64,000 nt of DNA from a candidate division WWE3 bacterium (GCA_943354835.1 CALRDH010000001.1:191298-255297), one strand, 5' to 3'. Shown: positions 18,590 to 27,706, counted from the first letter of the stretch. A program made the numbers and translations. Notes: generated from the letters alone by a model not told the origin.

Positions 18590-18806
18590 TCTTCTGAGCT
18601 GGTTATCTGAAACTTCCATTCGGAAATAAAGATAATCCGGGCGCTCCCGTTATAGAGATTAAGGTATGTCACATACGAAACAGAGTACTTTATAAGGTCA
18701 ACACGGTAACGTGTTGATAAAGCAAGGTGGTACAGCCAAATTTAAGGCCCTTGCATTAACAGTTGTAATTAATTTACAGATGTTTTTGCAAGGGCTTTTT
18801 TGTTCT
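18590..18806 (+). ncRNA. Candidate structured ncRNA (motifs colinear with bacterial RNase P RNA; unconfirmed) ending in a hairpin plus U-run
   Basis: About 400 nt downstream of tRNA-Ile has no sense ORF. The + strand carries, in RNase P order, GGAAA..UCCGGGCGCUCC, AACAGAG, a CAACACGGUAACGUGUUG hairpin, AGCAAGG, CCAAAU and UAAGGCCC. The region ends with GCCCTTGCA...TGCAAGGGCTTTTTTG. No P4 3' strand (CCGG...) was found, so the assignment is weak. Confidence 0.2.
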
Positions 18807-18834
18807 TTGCTCAAATATCTCAATAAACATAAAA

Positions 18835-19722
18835 ATGTCAGTTAATGTAATAGAAGACCATTCTTTGTCGACATCATCCTTGGAAGATGTTTTTGGCATT
18901 GGCCATGTCGAAGTAACATGTAACCCAATCGCGGTAAATCAAAGGTGGGAACATCAGCTAAATGAGCGACATTTAAAGCTAGTTACGGTTTTATGTGTCC
19001 CATGTAATTCAAGTGGGTGGTTTTGTCGCTTAGACGACCCTAATCATAAAGCTACACAACAACTTGAGATCATTAATGAAGCCGTAAGGAACATCCAGAG
19101 GTTGGGTTTTGCAGTTGACTGGACTGTAATACTGGGTGATATTTCTAATTTTGTTGGGCTGTGTTTGGATGGACGTGAGATAGGTGAAGCGGTTAATTTA
19201 TCTACTTCCTTTTTGACGTCGCACGGAAATGCGCCGTTTGATGGTGCTGGCTTTTTAATTGGTGAATATGAGGAACGCCTTAAGAAGAATTTTTTTAGCG
19301 GTAATGTATCAGTGGCTTCAGCTTTAGAAAAAACATCAGAGTTGGATGCCGTTATACTTAGAGAAAGATTTGAAATGGCCAATTCATTAATACGAGATTT
19401 AGGTTGTAGCCAAGAGTGGCGCTTGCAAGTCGAAAGTCTGGCACGGGCGAAAGGGGCGAAAACAAAGAGTTTTCCAGATAGTTTGCAAATGCTGTTAAGC
19501 TTAAATAAGGTTGAGTCGAATATTTGGTCGGAGGCATTATTTGAGTTGATAGGTTCTGCACGTGTAAGGACCTTGGTTTCAGCATGCTTTCCGGAAAATA
19601 GTATCTTGGTTTCTATGCAGTCACCGGAAATCGATGATTTTTTTCATTTATTAGGAAATGGCGAAAGTTTTCCAACAATTAGAGCTTTTCCTAGAGAATT
19701 ACTTAGTAGTTTAGATGATTAG
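18835..19722 (+). CDS. Hypothetical protein (no recognisable domain), moderately GC-shifted
   Basis: 295 aa ORF; its composition (W, R, C, H more frequent) differs from core genes. Confidence 0.4.
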   Translation: MSVNVIEDHSLSTSSLEDVFGIGHVEVTCNPIAVNQRWEHQLNERHLKLVTVLCVPCNSSGWFCRLDDPNHKATQQLEIINEAVRNIQRLGFAVDWTVILGDISNFVGLCLDGREIGEAVNLSTSFLTSHGNAPFDGAGFLIGEYEERLKKNFFSGNVSVASALEKTSELDAVILRERFEMANSLIRDLGCSQEWRLQVESLARAKGAKTKSFPDSLQMLLSLNKVESNIWSEALFELIGSARVRTLVSACFPENSILVSMQSPEIDDFFHLLGNGESFPTIRAFPRELLSSLDD

Positions 19723-19854
19723 GAATGGAAATAATAATATGAAAATTAACGAATTGAATTTATCAAGCCCTATTGGTATAGATCAAGTTGATTGGTCGAA
19801 AACCGTGAACATATATACGATTTTATGTCCGTTTATAAAGGTTACAAAAAATGA

Positions 19855-20610
19855 ATGTTTTTTTCTTCTGATTTAAGGTTTTATTCAAAGGTTGAAGGAG
19901 ATCATTTTATTGATGTGGCCGATGCCGTACAAGTGAATCCAAAATTTATATTATTAACTTTTGAATTGCCAATTATTTTAGAGAAGTTAAACTCGATGGG
20001 GATTAATTATAAATACACGATTTATATTGCGGACGAACTTAATACGTTGATGAGGCGATATATTAGTGATTGTGGCAAAGAAGCAATAGAAAAAATTGAA
20101 AAAAGTCGTTGGTTAATGTTGTCTAGTGTTAAGGAAGCCCTTGATATTGCATTGAATGGCAAGAATATTCAAGTCGACGTTCTTTTGACTTCTCGAGTAG
20201 AAAAAATGGAAAAGAGTATTGATGATTTGTTTTTGAAACTTTTGAACGAAAGTTTCCGAAAGGAGTTTTTGAGTAAGTCGCAAAAAGAGTATGCTGAACT
20301 TGTTGAATATTGGAAGAATCTTTCTGGGTATGAAGGTAAGGAATTTGAAAAGATGATTTTAAGGGATCAAGTTGCTTATCGCGCGGTTATGGGCGAGGTA
20401 ATCAGGAAAAGTGGTAATCCATTGATTTTTTCAGGTCAGCCACCAGAGCCAGGTGATTATTTCCATGGAATTATAAAGAAAAAGGTCTTACCAACAATGC
20501 ATGTTTTCAGAAATGTAGAAGGGATTGATGTTATAAGCGATATTGTGAATGAAGCCGATTTAAATATTCATATGAAGAAATTCGACAAGATTAGTTTTGT
20601 AGATTTGTAA
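19855..20610 (+). CDS. Hypothetical protein
   Basis: 251 aa ORF with no recognisable motif. Confidence 0.4.
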   Translation: MFFSSDLRFYSKVEGDHFIDVADAVQVNPKFILLTFELPIILEKLNSMGINYKYTIYIADELNTLMRRYISDCGKEAIEKIEKSRWLMLSSVKEALDIALNGKNIQVDVLLTSRVEKMEKSIDDLFLKLLNESFRKEFLSKSQKEYAELVEYWKNLSGYEGKEFEKMILRDQVAYRAVMGEVIRKSGNPLIFSGQPPEPGDYFHGIIKKKVLPTMHVFRNVEGIDVISDIVNEADLNIHMKKFDKISFVDL

Positions 20611-20630
20611 TAATGTTATATCTTTGATGT

Positions 20631-21191
20631 ATGCAAGACCACACGAATTCAGATTCAAAAAATCAGGCTGTCCCAACTATTCTGGAAGTTGCGCGTGATG
20701 CAATGAATTCTACTGAGGTTGATTTGTATCAATCCGGCAATATTTCTATAATTGGGGAAACCCATATTGTTGCTGGAGCTAACGATAAAATTATTTCTGT
20801 TGTTAAAGAAAAAATAGCAGGTTCACATACTGTATTTTTAGAATTTGATCCTGATAGTATATTGTCAGCAACATATAAGGAGTCTTCTGTGTCTCCTAGT
20901 GCTGGATCTATAGCAAAGGAATTAGCCATAGAAGCCGGAAAGCCGGTTGTTATATTAGATGATAGAGTCTCTTCTCCTATGCGTAAATTTGAGCAGGTTG
21001 GTTTTACCGGCGAAGAAGCGGTAAAAGCTTATGGATGTCAGCTTGGAATACTTTATTTTATTGAACGTCCTAACGAATCGCCGACTTTTGTTATAGGTGA
21101 CTTTTTAACAAAATTAGGCGCATCGGAGAGTACAACGCTTGAGGTTTGTAATCGCGTTCATGGTGGAATTATGGGCTTTCTTAGAAATTAA
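20631..21191 (+). CDS. TIKI/TraB/PrgY-family protein, N-terminal part (first GxxH repeat)
   Basis: IIGETHIVAGANDKIISVVKEKIAGSHTVFLEFDPD resembles the first GxxH...E half of the TraB/GumN/TIKI fold. It terminates at TAA in the same frame as the next ORF. Confidence 0.4.
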   Translation: MQDHTNSDSKNQAVPTILEVARDAMNSTEVDLYQSGNISIIGETHIVAGANDKIISVVKEKIAGSHTVFLEFDPDSILSATYKESSVSPSAGSIAKELAIEAGKPVVILDDRVSSPMRKFEQVGFTGEEAVKAYGCQLGILYFIERPNESPTFVIGDFLTKLGASESTTLEVCNRVHGGIMGFLRN

Positions 21192-21203
21192 GAAGGATAC
21201 GGG

Positions 21204-21431
21204 ATGTTTGATTTTTTAAGAGATTACAGTTTAGGAGATTCTGTAATAAGAGACCATGAATATGCCGGAGCTATAAAAAGGGCTCTTGGTGATGATCCGA
21301 ATCAAACCGCGACTGTGGTTGTTGGTAAGTCGCATGCAAAACCAATAGCAGATATTCTAAACAACGAATATCAGCCCCCAGAAAATATAAAAGGTGTTAT
21401 TAAAAACGTTCGTGATTATATTAATCGATAA
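21204..21431 (+). CDS. TIKI/TraB-family C-terminal fragment (second GxxH repeat), in frame with the preceding ORF
   Basis: VVVGKSHAKPIADIL is the second GxxH motif. Both ORFs share a frame and are separated only by TAA plus 12 nt, suggesting a nonsense-interrupted gene. Confidence 0.35.
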   Translation: MFDFLRDYSLGDSVIRDHEYAGAIKRALGDDPNQTATVVVGKSHAKPIADILNNEYQPPENIKGVIKNVRDYINR

Positions 21432-21492
21432 GAGGAGTTATCCATTTTGTTAGTCTGTAGCCGATTTCTATATTTTTATGGTCCAGTCATCT

Positions 21493-21508
21493 TGACATAT
21501 ATATGTCA
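21493..21508. promoter_or_regulatory. 16-bp perfect palindrome TGACATATATATGTCA containing a TTGACA -35 hexamer; putative TA operator/promoter
   Basis: Located about 20 nt upstream of the ribbon-helix-helix antitoxin start. Confidence 0.35.
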
Positions 21509-21529
21509 GGGTATTAGTCTATATGTTAT

Positions 21530-21754
21530 ATGAAAACAATTCGTACAACTTTCAGAATTGAAGAACAACTAAAAATAGAGGCAGATAAAAAAGCTTTTGA
21601 TTTGAATATTACGTTACAAAAGTTGTTCAACGATGCTTTGCGCATGTTATTGAAAGATTTGAGTAGACAAAAAGCTTCTAGAGTAGTTCTTTTTAGTAAG
21701 CCAGTCGACAAAAGGATCGATAATTTAACAAGAGACGAAATTTATGAAGATTAA
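21530..21754 (+). CDS. Ribbon-helix-helix (CopG/VapB-like) antitoxin
   Basis: 74 aa; RTTFRIEEQLKIEADKKAFDLNITLQKLFNDALRMLL is RHH-like; overlaps the downstream PIN gene by 11 nt. Confidence 0.5.
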   Translation: MKTIRTTFRIEEQLKIEADKKAFDLNITLQKLFNDALRMLLKDLSRQKASRVVLFSKPVDKRIDNLTRDEIYED

Positions 21755-22196
21755 TGGAAAAAAGTTGCTTATAGATAGCAATATATTAATCTACTCTGTA
21801 GATAGTCTTTCTCCGAAATATGATGTTTCTGTAAGCTTTATGAAAGCTTCCGCAGATAAGCTTTGCTTTCCAGTAATAGCTCATCAAAATATTCTAGAAA
21901 CTGTAAGGGTGTTAACTCACAAGAAGTATAATAATCCACTAACAAAAGATGAAGTTTTTATTTTTACTAAAAGTCTGGAGAAGTTTTGTGAGGTTATCTC
22001 TCCTAACCGTGAAACATGGGAAATTATGAAGGCCTTATTAGGCAAGTATAAAGTTATTTCGAATCGGATATTTGATTGTTATCTGGTTGCGACAATGCTT
22101 TCAAATGATATAAAAATTATCGCAACTGATAACGTTAAAGATTTAGAAATTTTTGAAGAAATAAAAGTTTACAATCCTTATAATTTAAGTTCATGA
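21744..22196 (+). CDS. PIN-domain toxin (VapC-like)
   Basis: KKLLIDSNILIYSVD... is the PIN N-terminal motif; 150 aa. Confidence 0.65.
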   Translation: MKINGKKLLIDSNILIYSVDSLSPKYDVSVSFMKASADKLCFPVIAHQNILETVRVLTHKKYNNPLTKDEVFIFTKSLEKFCEVISPNRETWEIMKALLGKYKVISNRIFDCYLVATMLSNDIKIIATDNVKDLEIFEEIKVYNPYNLSS

Positions 22197-22504
22197 GTTT
22201 TCCATCTATATTTTTCGATTTCAACTTCGTGTTCTTTTTTAAATTTTACGCCTTCTTTTTCTAAAAGCGATTGTTGGTCATCGCGATTAAATATCGACCC
22301 ACGGATTGTTAGTTTGCCTTCATTGTTTATGACTCTCCACCATGGGACCTCTGTGTCGGCAGGAAGCTTGTTTAAAATCATACCGACAGCTCTTGCTGCA
22401 CGTGGTGAACCTGCATAAACCGCGATTTGGCCGTAAGAGGCAACCTTGCCGAAAGGGATTGCCTTGATGTGGTTTATAGCTTTTTGCTTAAAATTCTCCA
22501 TCAA
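22178..22504 (-). CDS. Alkyltransferase-like (ATL) DNA-binding protein (MGMT fold lacking catalytic Cys)
   Basis: AIPFGKVASYGQIAVYAGSPRAARAVGMIL...VPWWRVIN has the MGMT helix-turn-helix plus PWxRV in place of PCHRV, which is the ATL signature. Confidence 0.6.
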   Translation of the reverse strand: MMENFKQKAINHIKAIPFGKVASYGQIAVYAGSPRAARAVGMILNKLPADTEVPWWRVINNEGKLTIRGSIFNRDDQQSLLEKEGVKFKKEHEVEIEKYRWKTHELKL

Positions 22505-23240
22505 TTATTTTTTCTGCAAATTTTAATTGTTCAGGTGTATTTATCCCGATTCCTTCTTTTGGGTTTATTGATATTGTTTCTATTTTTGCATTTGATTTTA
22601 TTGCGAGAGCTAAAAGATCTGTTAGGTAATATTCTTTTTGAGCGTTATCAGCTTTAATTTTTGCTATGTTTTCCCAGAGCCAATTTGAATTAAAGCAGAA
22701 ATATGATGGATTAACTTCCTTAATCGCGAGTTCTTCTGGTGTAGCATCTTTCTTTTCTACTATTTTTATCGGACGATTACTGTCGTCTCGAACAATTCTT
22801 CCGAAATCATAAAAGCATGACTGCCATGAATCAAAATTATCAACGGAAATTGTTGCCATTGTAAGATCGGCCATTTTTTCTGAATGTTTATTTATAATGT
22901 CATTTATTGTTTGAATTGAGATAAATGGCATGTCACCATATAAAACAAGAACATTATCAAATTTATTTGAAATTGCGTCTTTAGCGCACATTACTGCGTG
23001 TCCAGTTCCTAATTGTTCCGTTTGTTCTACATAATTGTAATCTTGGCCGACTACATTTTTTACTAAATCTTTTTCATACCCGACAACAATATAGATATCA
23101 GACTTCGAAAATTTTGAATCTAGTGACTCAAGTAAATATTTAATAAGTGGCTTTCCATTTAAGCTTACAAGAACTTTTGGCTCAAGCGTTCCCATTCTTG
23201 TGCCTTTGCCAGCTGCCAAAATTAAAATAGCGGTTTTCAT
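22488..23240 (-). CDS. Sugar-1-phosphate nucleotidyltransferase (GlmU N-terminal-domain-like, e.g. UDP-GlcNAc pyrophosphorylase)
   Basis: MKTAILILAAGKGTRMGTLEPKVLVSLNGKPLI is the GxGTRx motif of the nucleotidyltransferase family; 250 aa with no acetyltransferase hexapeptide domain. Confidence 0.7.
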   Translation of the reverse strand: MKTAILILAAGKGTRMGTLEPKVLVSLNGKPLIKYLLESLDSKFSKSDIYIVVGYEKDLVKNVVGQDYNYVEQTEQLGTGHAVMCAKDAISNKFDNVLVLYGDMPFISIQTINDIINKHSEKMADLTMATISVDNFDSWQSCFYDFGRIVRDDSNRPIKIVEKKDATPEELAIKEVNPSYFCFNSNWLWENIAKIKADNAQKEYYLTDLLALAIKSNAKIETISINPKEGIGINTPEQLKFAEKIIDGEF

Positions 23241-23271
23241 GAAGTTGATTCTACTATGATAGTATTTTGAT

Positions 23272-24129
23272 GTGAAGACAAATAATCGAAATATAATAAT
23301 TGTAGTTGCTTTGGGCGTTTTTATCTCTGTATCAGCGGCAGTTTTTTATTATTTTGTTTTTTGGAATAAAAAAGTAGAACCGGTTATCGATACTACTCCA
23401 GTTGTTGCTGAAACTCCTAAAAAGATAGAGCCGGATTTTGAAGGAATTAATCCTGAAATGCCAAAAGTCGTTGTTGAAAAACCTCCTGCCGTTATAGAAA
23501 AGGATATAAAAAAGACAGAAAAATCTGTAGCTGAAGCTCCAGCGGCTCAGCCTACCGCCCCTTCTAATAACAAAAAGCCGAAAGTAAATATACTTTCTTA
23601 TGGTTTATCCGATAGGACTCATGATAACGATAAAGGAATAAGCATTTCTGCTCGCGCTGAAGATTCTGATGGTTATATTTCAAAAGTAGAAATTTATATT
23701 GACGATGAAAAGCAGGCTACGGTTTTGCCGCGAAATATTGGCGGAAAGTCAAAAACATTACTTGATGATCCAGAAGATATTTTTGATATTACAGAAGACG
23801 TTGGTAATGCTATACAAGAAGATGTTGATGATGGTGATATTAGTTATGTTTATAGAGACAGCAAAGAGTGGACGAAGGCTTCTGAAAGTTGTGGAGTTTC
23901 AAAAGGTTTTGTACATATATTTGTTGGTGAATCAAAATATTATGATGTTAGAAGTACTGAAGATTTAGATGAAAATGTTATTTGTTATGAATCTGAAACT
24001 ATTAGTGTTGATAATTTATATTACTTTATGTGGCAACCAGAAAACGGCTCGCATGATGTATATGCAATTGCATATGATCAATATGGCGCAAAAACGACAT
24101 CAGAAACCATTGAGATAGAGGTCGATTAG
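23272..24129 (+). CDS. Membrane-anchored extracellular protein with Pro-rich linker and Ig-like domain
   Basis: N-terminal TM, PxP-rich linker, and a C-terminal beta-rich region (ISISARAEDSDGYISKVEIYIDD..., HDVYAIAYDQYGAKTTSETIEIEV) typical of bacterial Ig-like folds. Confidence 0.4.
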   Translation: MKTNNRNIIIVVALGVFISVSAAVFYYFVFWNKKVEPVIDTTPVVAETPKKIEPDFEGINPEMPKVVVEKPPAVIEKDIKKTEKSVAEAPAAQPTAPSNNKKPKVNILSYGLSDRTHDNDKGISISARAEDSDGYISKVEIYIDDEKQATVLPRNIGGKSKTLLDDPEDIFDITEDVGNAIQEDVDDGDISYVYRDSKEWTKASESCGVSKGFVHIFVGESKYYDVRSTEDLDENVICYESETISVDNLYYFMWQPENGSHDVYAIAYDQYGAKTTSETIEIEVD

Positions 24130-24521
24130 AGAGGGTTTGATAAATTTATTTCTTTGAGAAGTTCTTCCTTTGTCATTTTATTCGAGGCCAAGATAAATCT
24201 TATATTAAGATCTTTAGTTGCTTTTTGTATTTTTTTTGAATTGTCGATGATTATTATGTCTGAATTTTTATCAATAATACTCTGGAGTAAGCCCACTTTA
24301 TTATGAGAAATAAAGATCAAATTTTTAGAGAAATAACTATATAGATTTGTTAATCTAAGTTTTAGAGTCTGGATATTGTAGAATCCTTGAGAAAATATGC
24401 CGAGTTCATAATTGTTAGACAGTTGACTTATCGCATCGGCAATGGCGGTTTTTCGTAGAAAGCTTAGGCCAGTTTTTACTAGAGTGCCATCGATATCGAA
24501 AAGCAATATGTTTTTTTCCAT
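24126..24521 (-). CDS. Small HAD-like hydrolase-fold protein
   Basis: MEKNILLFDIDGTLVKTG carries the HAD motif I DxDGT. Confidence 0.45.
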   Translation of the reverse strand: MEKNILLFDIDGTLVKTGLSFLRKTAIADAISQLSNNYELGIFSQGFYNIQTLKLRLTNLYSYFSKNLIFISHNKVGLLQSIIDKNSDIIIIDNSKKIQKATKDLNIRFILASNKMTKEELLKEINLSNPL

Positions 24522-24545
24522 CGAATATATTTTATACTAAATGCG

Positions 24546-25277
24546 ATGCTACAAAAATATTTGATTCAGTATTTCCGGATGGCTAGATTATATAAAACCT
24601 TTAATTTTCTTTTTGTAGTTTTGGGATACGGTATTGCTTCAATGACTATTTCTGTAGTAATGTTTGGCCGATTGGTTTTATTTTATTTTCTATTTGCTGT
24701 TTTTATTTATGGAGCGCTTTATGTTTTCAATTCAATTGAAGATAATTTAGATATTGAGGCAAAGATTTATAACTTACAATTTCGTTTCGTTATTATTAGT
24801 ATCTCTTTTGGGATTATCGGCTTATATTTACTTTCTCCTGAAACTTTGCCGGTAGTTGGAACACTTATATTATTAAATATAATTTACTCAAAATTCTTGA
24901 AGAAGATGTCTGTACCACTAGCAATAATTATTATTGCTTCAACTGGATCATTGAAAATACTTTTAGGCGTTATTCTTGCTGGTGGTAGCTTTGCTTTATT
25001 TGTTCCATTATTAGTTTGTAATTATCTTTCTTCTGTATGTTTTCATTCACTAAGAAATCATTTTAAAGGAGCCTTATCGATTGCTGTTCTCAAAGTACTT
25101 TATGTATGCAGTATTACTGCATTGATGTTTTTAACTTTTTATTATTCTACAACTGGATCATTGATTGATATGTATATTTGCATCTTTTATATGTTGTTTT
25201 GTGTTATTTCACTATCCGTATTTGTAAAAAATAATATTATTGGTAGCGCAATTATTAACTTTATGCACTTGCGATAG
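24546..25277 (+). CDS. Hypothetical polytopic membrane protein (weak UbiA-like N..D..D motif)
   Basis: 243 aa, about 7 TM helices, NSIEDNLDIE segment. Confidence 0.35.
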   Translation: MLQKYLIQYFRMARLYKTFNFLFVVLGYGIASMTISVVMFGRLVLFYFLFAVFIYGALYVFNSIEDNLDIEAKIYNLQFRFVIISISFGIIGLYLLSPETLPVVGTLILLNIIYSKFLKKMSVPLAIIIIASTGSLKILLGVILAGGSFALFVPLLVCNYLSSVCFHSLRNHFKGALSIAVLKVLYVCSITALMFLTFYYSTTGSLIDMYICIFYMLFCVISLSVFVKNNIIGSAIINFMHLR

Positions 25278-25280
25278 CTC

Positions 25281-26360
25281 CTATGTCAGTAGCGGTTTTA
25301 TATATTTTTCTATTGATGATTTGGATAATCTTGGAAGATAGTCACCTAAAAAATAAACGCCATTTGCGAGTTTTATATTTTTTTGAAAATCCATAATGGA
25401 TTTTTCTGTTAGGCCAAAGGCTTTATCGCAGACGAATATATCTGGATCAATAAGCCAAATCTTTTTGGTATTAAGTCGAGCTTTCAAATTGTTCGACAAG
25501 TGATTTAGTCTTCTTTCGTGCATGAATTTATTTATTGGGAAAATATTTTTTAGTTCGGGAATTATAATGTCTTCGCTAATTCTAATTGCGTTTACTTTGC
25601 CAGCTGCAGGCGAAAGTGGACATCCACATCCAATTATTTTAACGTTCTTATTTATTTTTCTTATATCTGAGAGAAGTTTTGATAGCATTTTGTCGGGTTT
25701 ATCTGAAGATGTATATTTTGTGTTGTAATGCCCAGCATATAAAAAGTCTAATTTAATCAACTCATATCCCCAGACTTTTATTATGCTTTCCAAGCATTTA
25801 ATTATATAGTCATAAGCTTCTTTTATTTCGAGATCTAAGATGTACTTTTTCCTAGGTATTAATTTATCGAAGAAAAAATTTTTTAATCCATTTATTGGTT
25901 GTCTTGTTTTATTTCTTACTATCCATTCAGGATGCTTCTTATAAACTGATGATTTTGGTCCTATTAAAAATGGTGAAACCCATATTCCTGGTTTTATATT
26001 TTTGCTTTTAATATATTTGGCGACCTCTTGCATCATTTGTGGAAACTTATTTGTATCGCATGAATCCCAGTCTCCCCATTGTGTCCACCCGTCATCTATA
26101 ACTAGATAATCGAGTTTTAATGTATTTGTGTTTTCATACATCCAATCAGCGATTTCAAATATATCTGATTGTGAAACGTTTCTTCCAAAATATGGCCAAG
26201 ATGACCATCCACGAATTGGTTTTTGATTTTGTGGTTTGTCAATCGTGCATTCACTGTTATCCATTCCGAACGGAGAAAAATATCTAATCCTCGATAATAG
26301 CGTTTTTTCTTTTCCGCAAGCCGTCCAAGATTGCCAGCCTGTTAAATTAACTTTTTCCAT
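25281..26360 (-). CDS. Glycoside hydrolase, alpha-galactosidase/melibiase-like (GH27/GH36-type TIM barrel)
   Basis: IRGWSSWPYFGRNVSQSDIFEIADWM...LDYLVIDDGWTQWGDW...FPQMMQEVAKYIKSKNIKPGIWVSPF matches the GWxSW ... IDDGW ... FP.G...KPGIY motif series of clan GH-D. Confidence 0.55.
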   Translation of the reverse strand: MEKVNLTGWQSWTACGKEKTLLSRIRYFSPFGMDNSECTIDKPQNQKPIRGWSSWPYFGRNVSQSDIFEIADWMYENTNTLKLDYLVIDDGWTQWGDWDSCDTNKFPQMMQEVAKYIKSKNIKPGIWVSPFLIGPKSSVYKKHPEWIVRNKTRQPINGLKNFFFDKLIPRKKYILDLEIKEAYDYIIKCLESIIKVWGYELIKLDFLYAGHYNTKYTSSDKPDKMLSKLLSDIRKINKNVKIIGCGCPLSPAAGKVNAIRISEDIIIPELKNIFPINKFMHERRLNHLSNNLKARLNTKKIWLIDPDIFVCDKAFGLTEKSIMDFQKNIKLANGVYFLGDYLPRLSKSSIEKYIKPLLT

Positions 26361-26374
26361 ATTTATATTTTATA

Positions 26375-27706
26375 TTAAACGGGATATGGCGAGTTTGCTA
26401 ATCCCAGTTTAAATAGAATTCTTTCTATTGCGAAAACCATTTGGCTGTTTTTGATGCTCCAAAGCCATCCAGGTTTTCCGTCGTATAGTGTGTGCCAGTT
26501 TCCATCAAACATTAAAATCCCAAGTAGTTGTGTAAAAATGCTAAAAACAAAAAATGTCCAGAAAATTATATTAAACGGTTTCTTAACAAAATATTTCGAA
26601 GTAATGAACGGAATTAAAAGCAAAACCATATATGGAATCATTTCAGTCATCATTCTGTATCCCCAACAGTAACCGCCGTACCAGGCATACCATTTTCCAA
26701 GAGCTACCGTGTGAAAAAAAATAATCAAAATCATAGCGATTTCAAATGGGCGTTCTTTCCAATTTCTAACATATTTATTAATTCCGTAGAAAATAAATAT
26801 TAAAATAGGGGAAACAATTAAAACGCCTTTACTTGGAGAAATCCAAAGTCCTGATGCTCCTACAATTAATTTCTCATAAAAATCACCGAATCTATCGCCG
26901 TATTCAATGTTTAAAAGCGAACCAAATAAATATCTATTTAATGCGGCATCTAAAATAAATGGAATTACTGCCATTAAAGCGTATTTTATGCAGTTCATTA
27001 AAAGTTCATTAAAACTTTTGCGGTGAATCCATAATATATACAAGCCGAAAATTCCAATCGATATAATATTTGTTGGTCTTGCCATATATGAAAATCCGAA
27101 AATTAAACCAGCCCACCCATACTTTTTATAATCCAAAAGCAAAATTCCTGCCGTAAATAAAAGTTGGCTTGAAGTTTGTTGCCATAAACCTTGGCTACTC
27201 GTGCTAAAAGTATTTGTTGCGAAGGCGTAAATTATTGTCAAAAGTAAAACCTGTTTACTTGATTTTAAGCGTTTTTGAAGAAGCAAAAAGAAAAGTCCAA
27301 CCGAAAGTGCTGTCATTGCAGAAGCCGAAAGCCTGCTCATCACACGAATAGATTCAATCGAAACGTCCAAGTTTAATAATGATGGGACGATGTAAAACGG
27401 CGTTGCCAAAAAGCCTGCAAACATTGGATAACTTGAATAATACTTTTCACCGACTTGTTTTAGGTAATACGGAGTTTGTGTTTTATCGTCCGGCTGCGGG
27501 TAAGAGTCGGAAAGTACTTCGTAATATTCATTTAAATCTAAATTGCCTTCTTTAATAATAGAAAACGGAACTGTTGCGATAGCAAGAAAATCCTCGCTTT
27601 GAAGAGTTAAATTATTTAACTGTGTAAGATAGACGGACAAGAACGATGAGACAAAAATTAAGAAAGACAGAACTGTTATTGTAGTGAACGAAAAACGGAA
27701 TTGCAT
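26375..27706 (-). CDS. GT-C-fold polytopic membrane protein (glycosyltransferase family 39/83-like), paralog 1 of 6
   Basis: 443 aa with 10+ TM helices and architecture like the other paralogs in the window. Confidence 0.4.
   Translation of the reverse strand: MQFRFSFTTITVLSFLIFVSSFLSVYLTQLNNLTLQSEDFLAIATVPFSIIKEGNLDLNEYYEVLSDSYPQPDDKTQTPYYLKQVGEKYYSSYPMFAGFLATPFYIVPSLLNLDVSIESIRVMSRLSASAMTALSVGLFFLLLQKRLKSSKQVLLLTIIYAFATNTFSTSSQGLWQQTSSQLLFTAGILLLDYKKYGWAGLIFGFSYMARPTNIISIGIFGLYILWIHRKSFNELLMNCIKYALMAVIPFILDAALNRYLFGSLLNIEYGDRFGDFYEKLIVGASGLWISPSKGVLIVSPILIFIFYGINKYVRNWKERPFEIAMILIIFFHTVALGKWYAWYGGYCWGYRMMTEMIPYMVLLLIPFITSKYFVKKPFNIIFWTFFVFSIFTQLLGILMFDGNWHTLYDGKPGWLWSIKNSQMVFAIERILFKLGLANSPYPV

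Noticed and set aside
18484-18672. 62-aa minus-strand ORF in the tRNA-Ile downstream region
   Set aside because: It lies within the conserved-motif-rich noncoding stretch, has no RBS, and shows a composition typical of random AT-rich ORFs; treated as non-coding.
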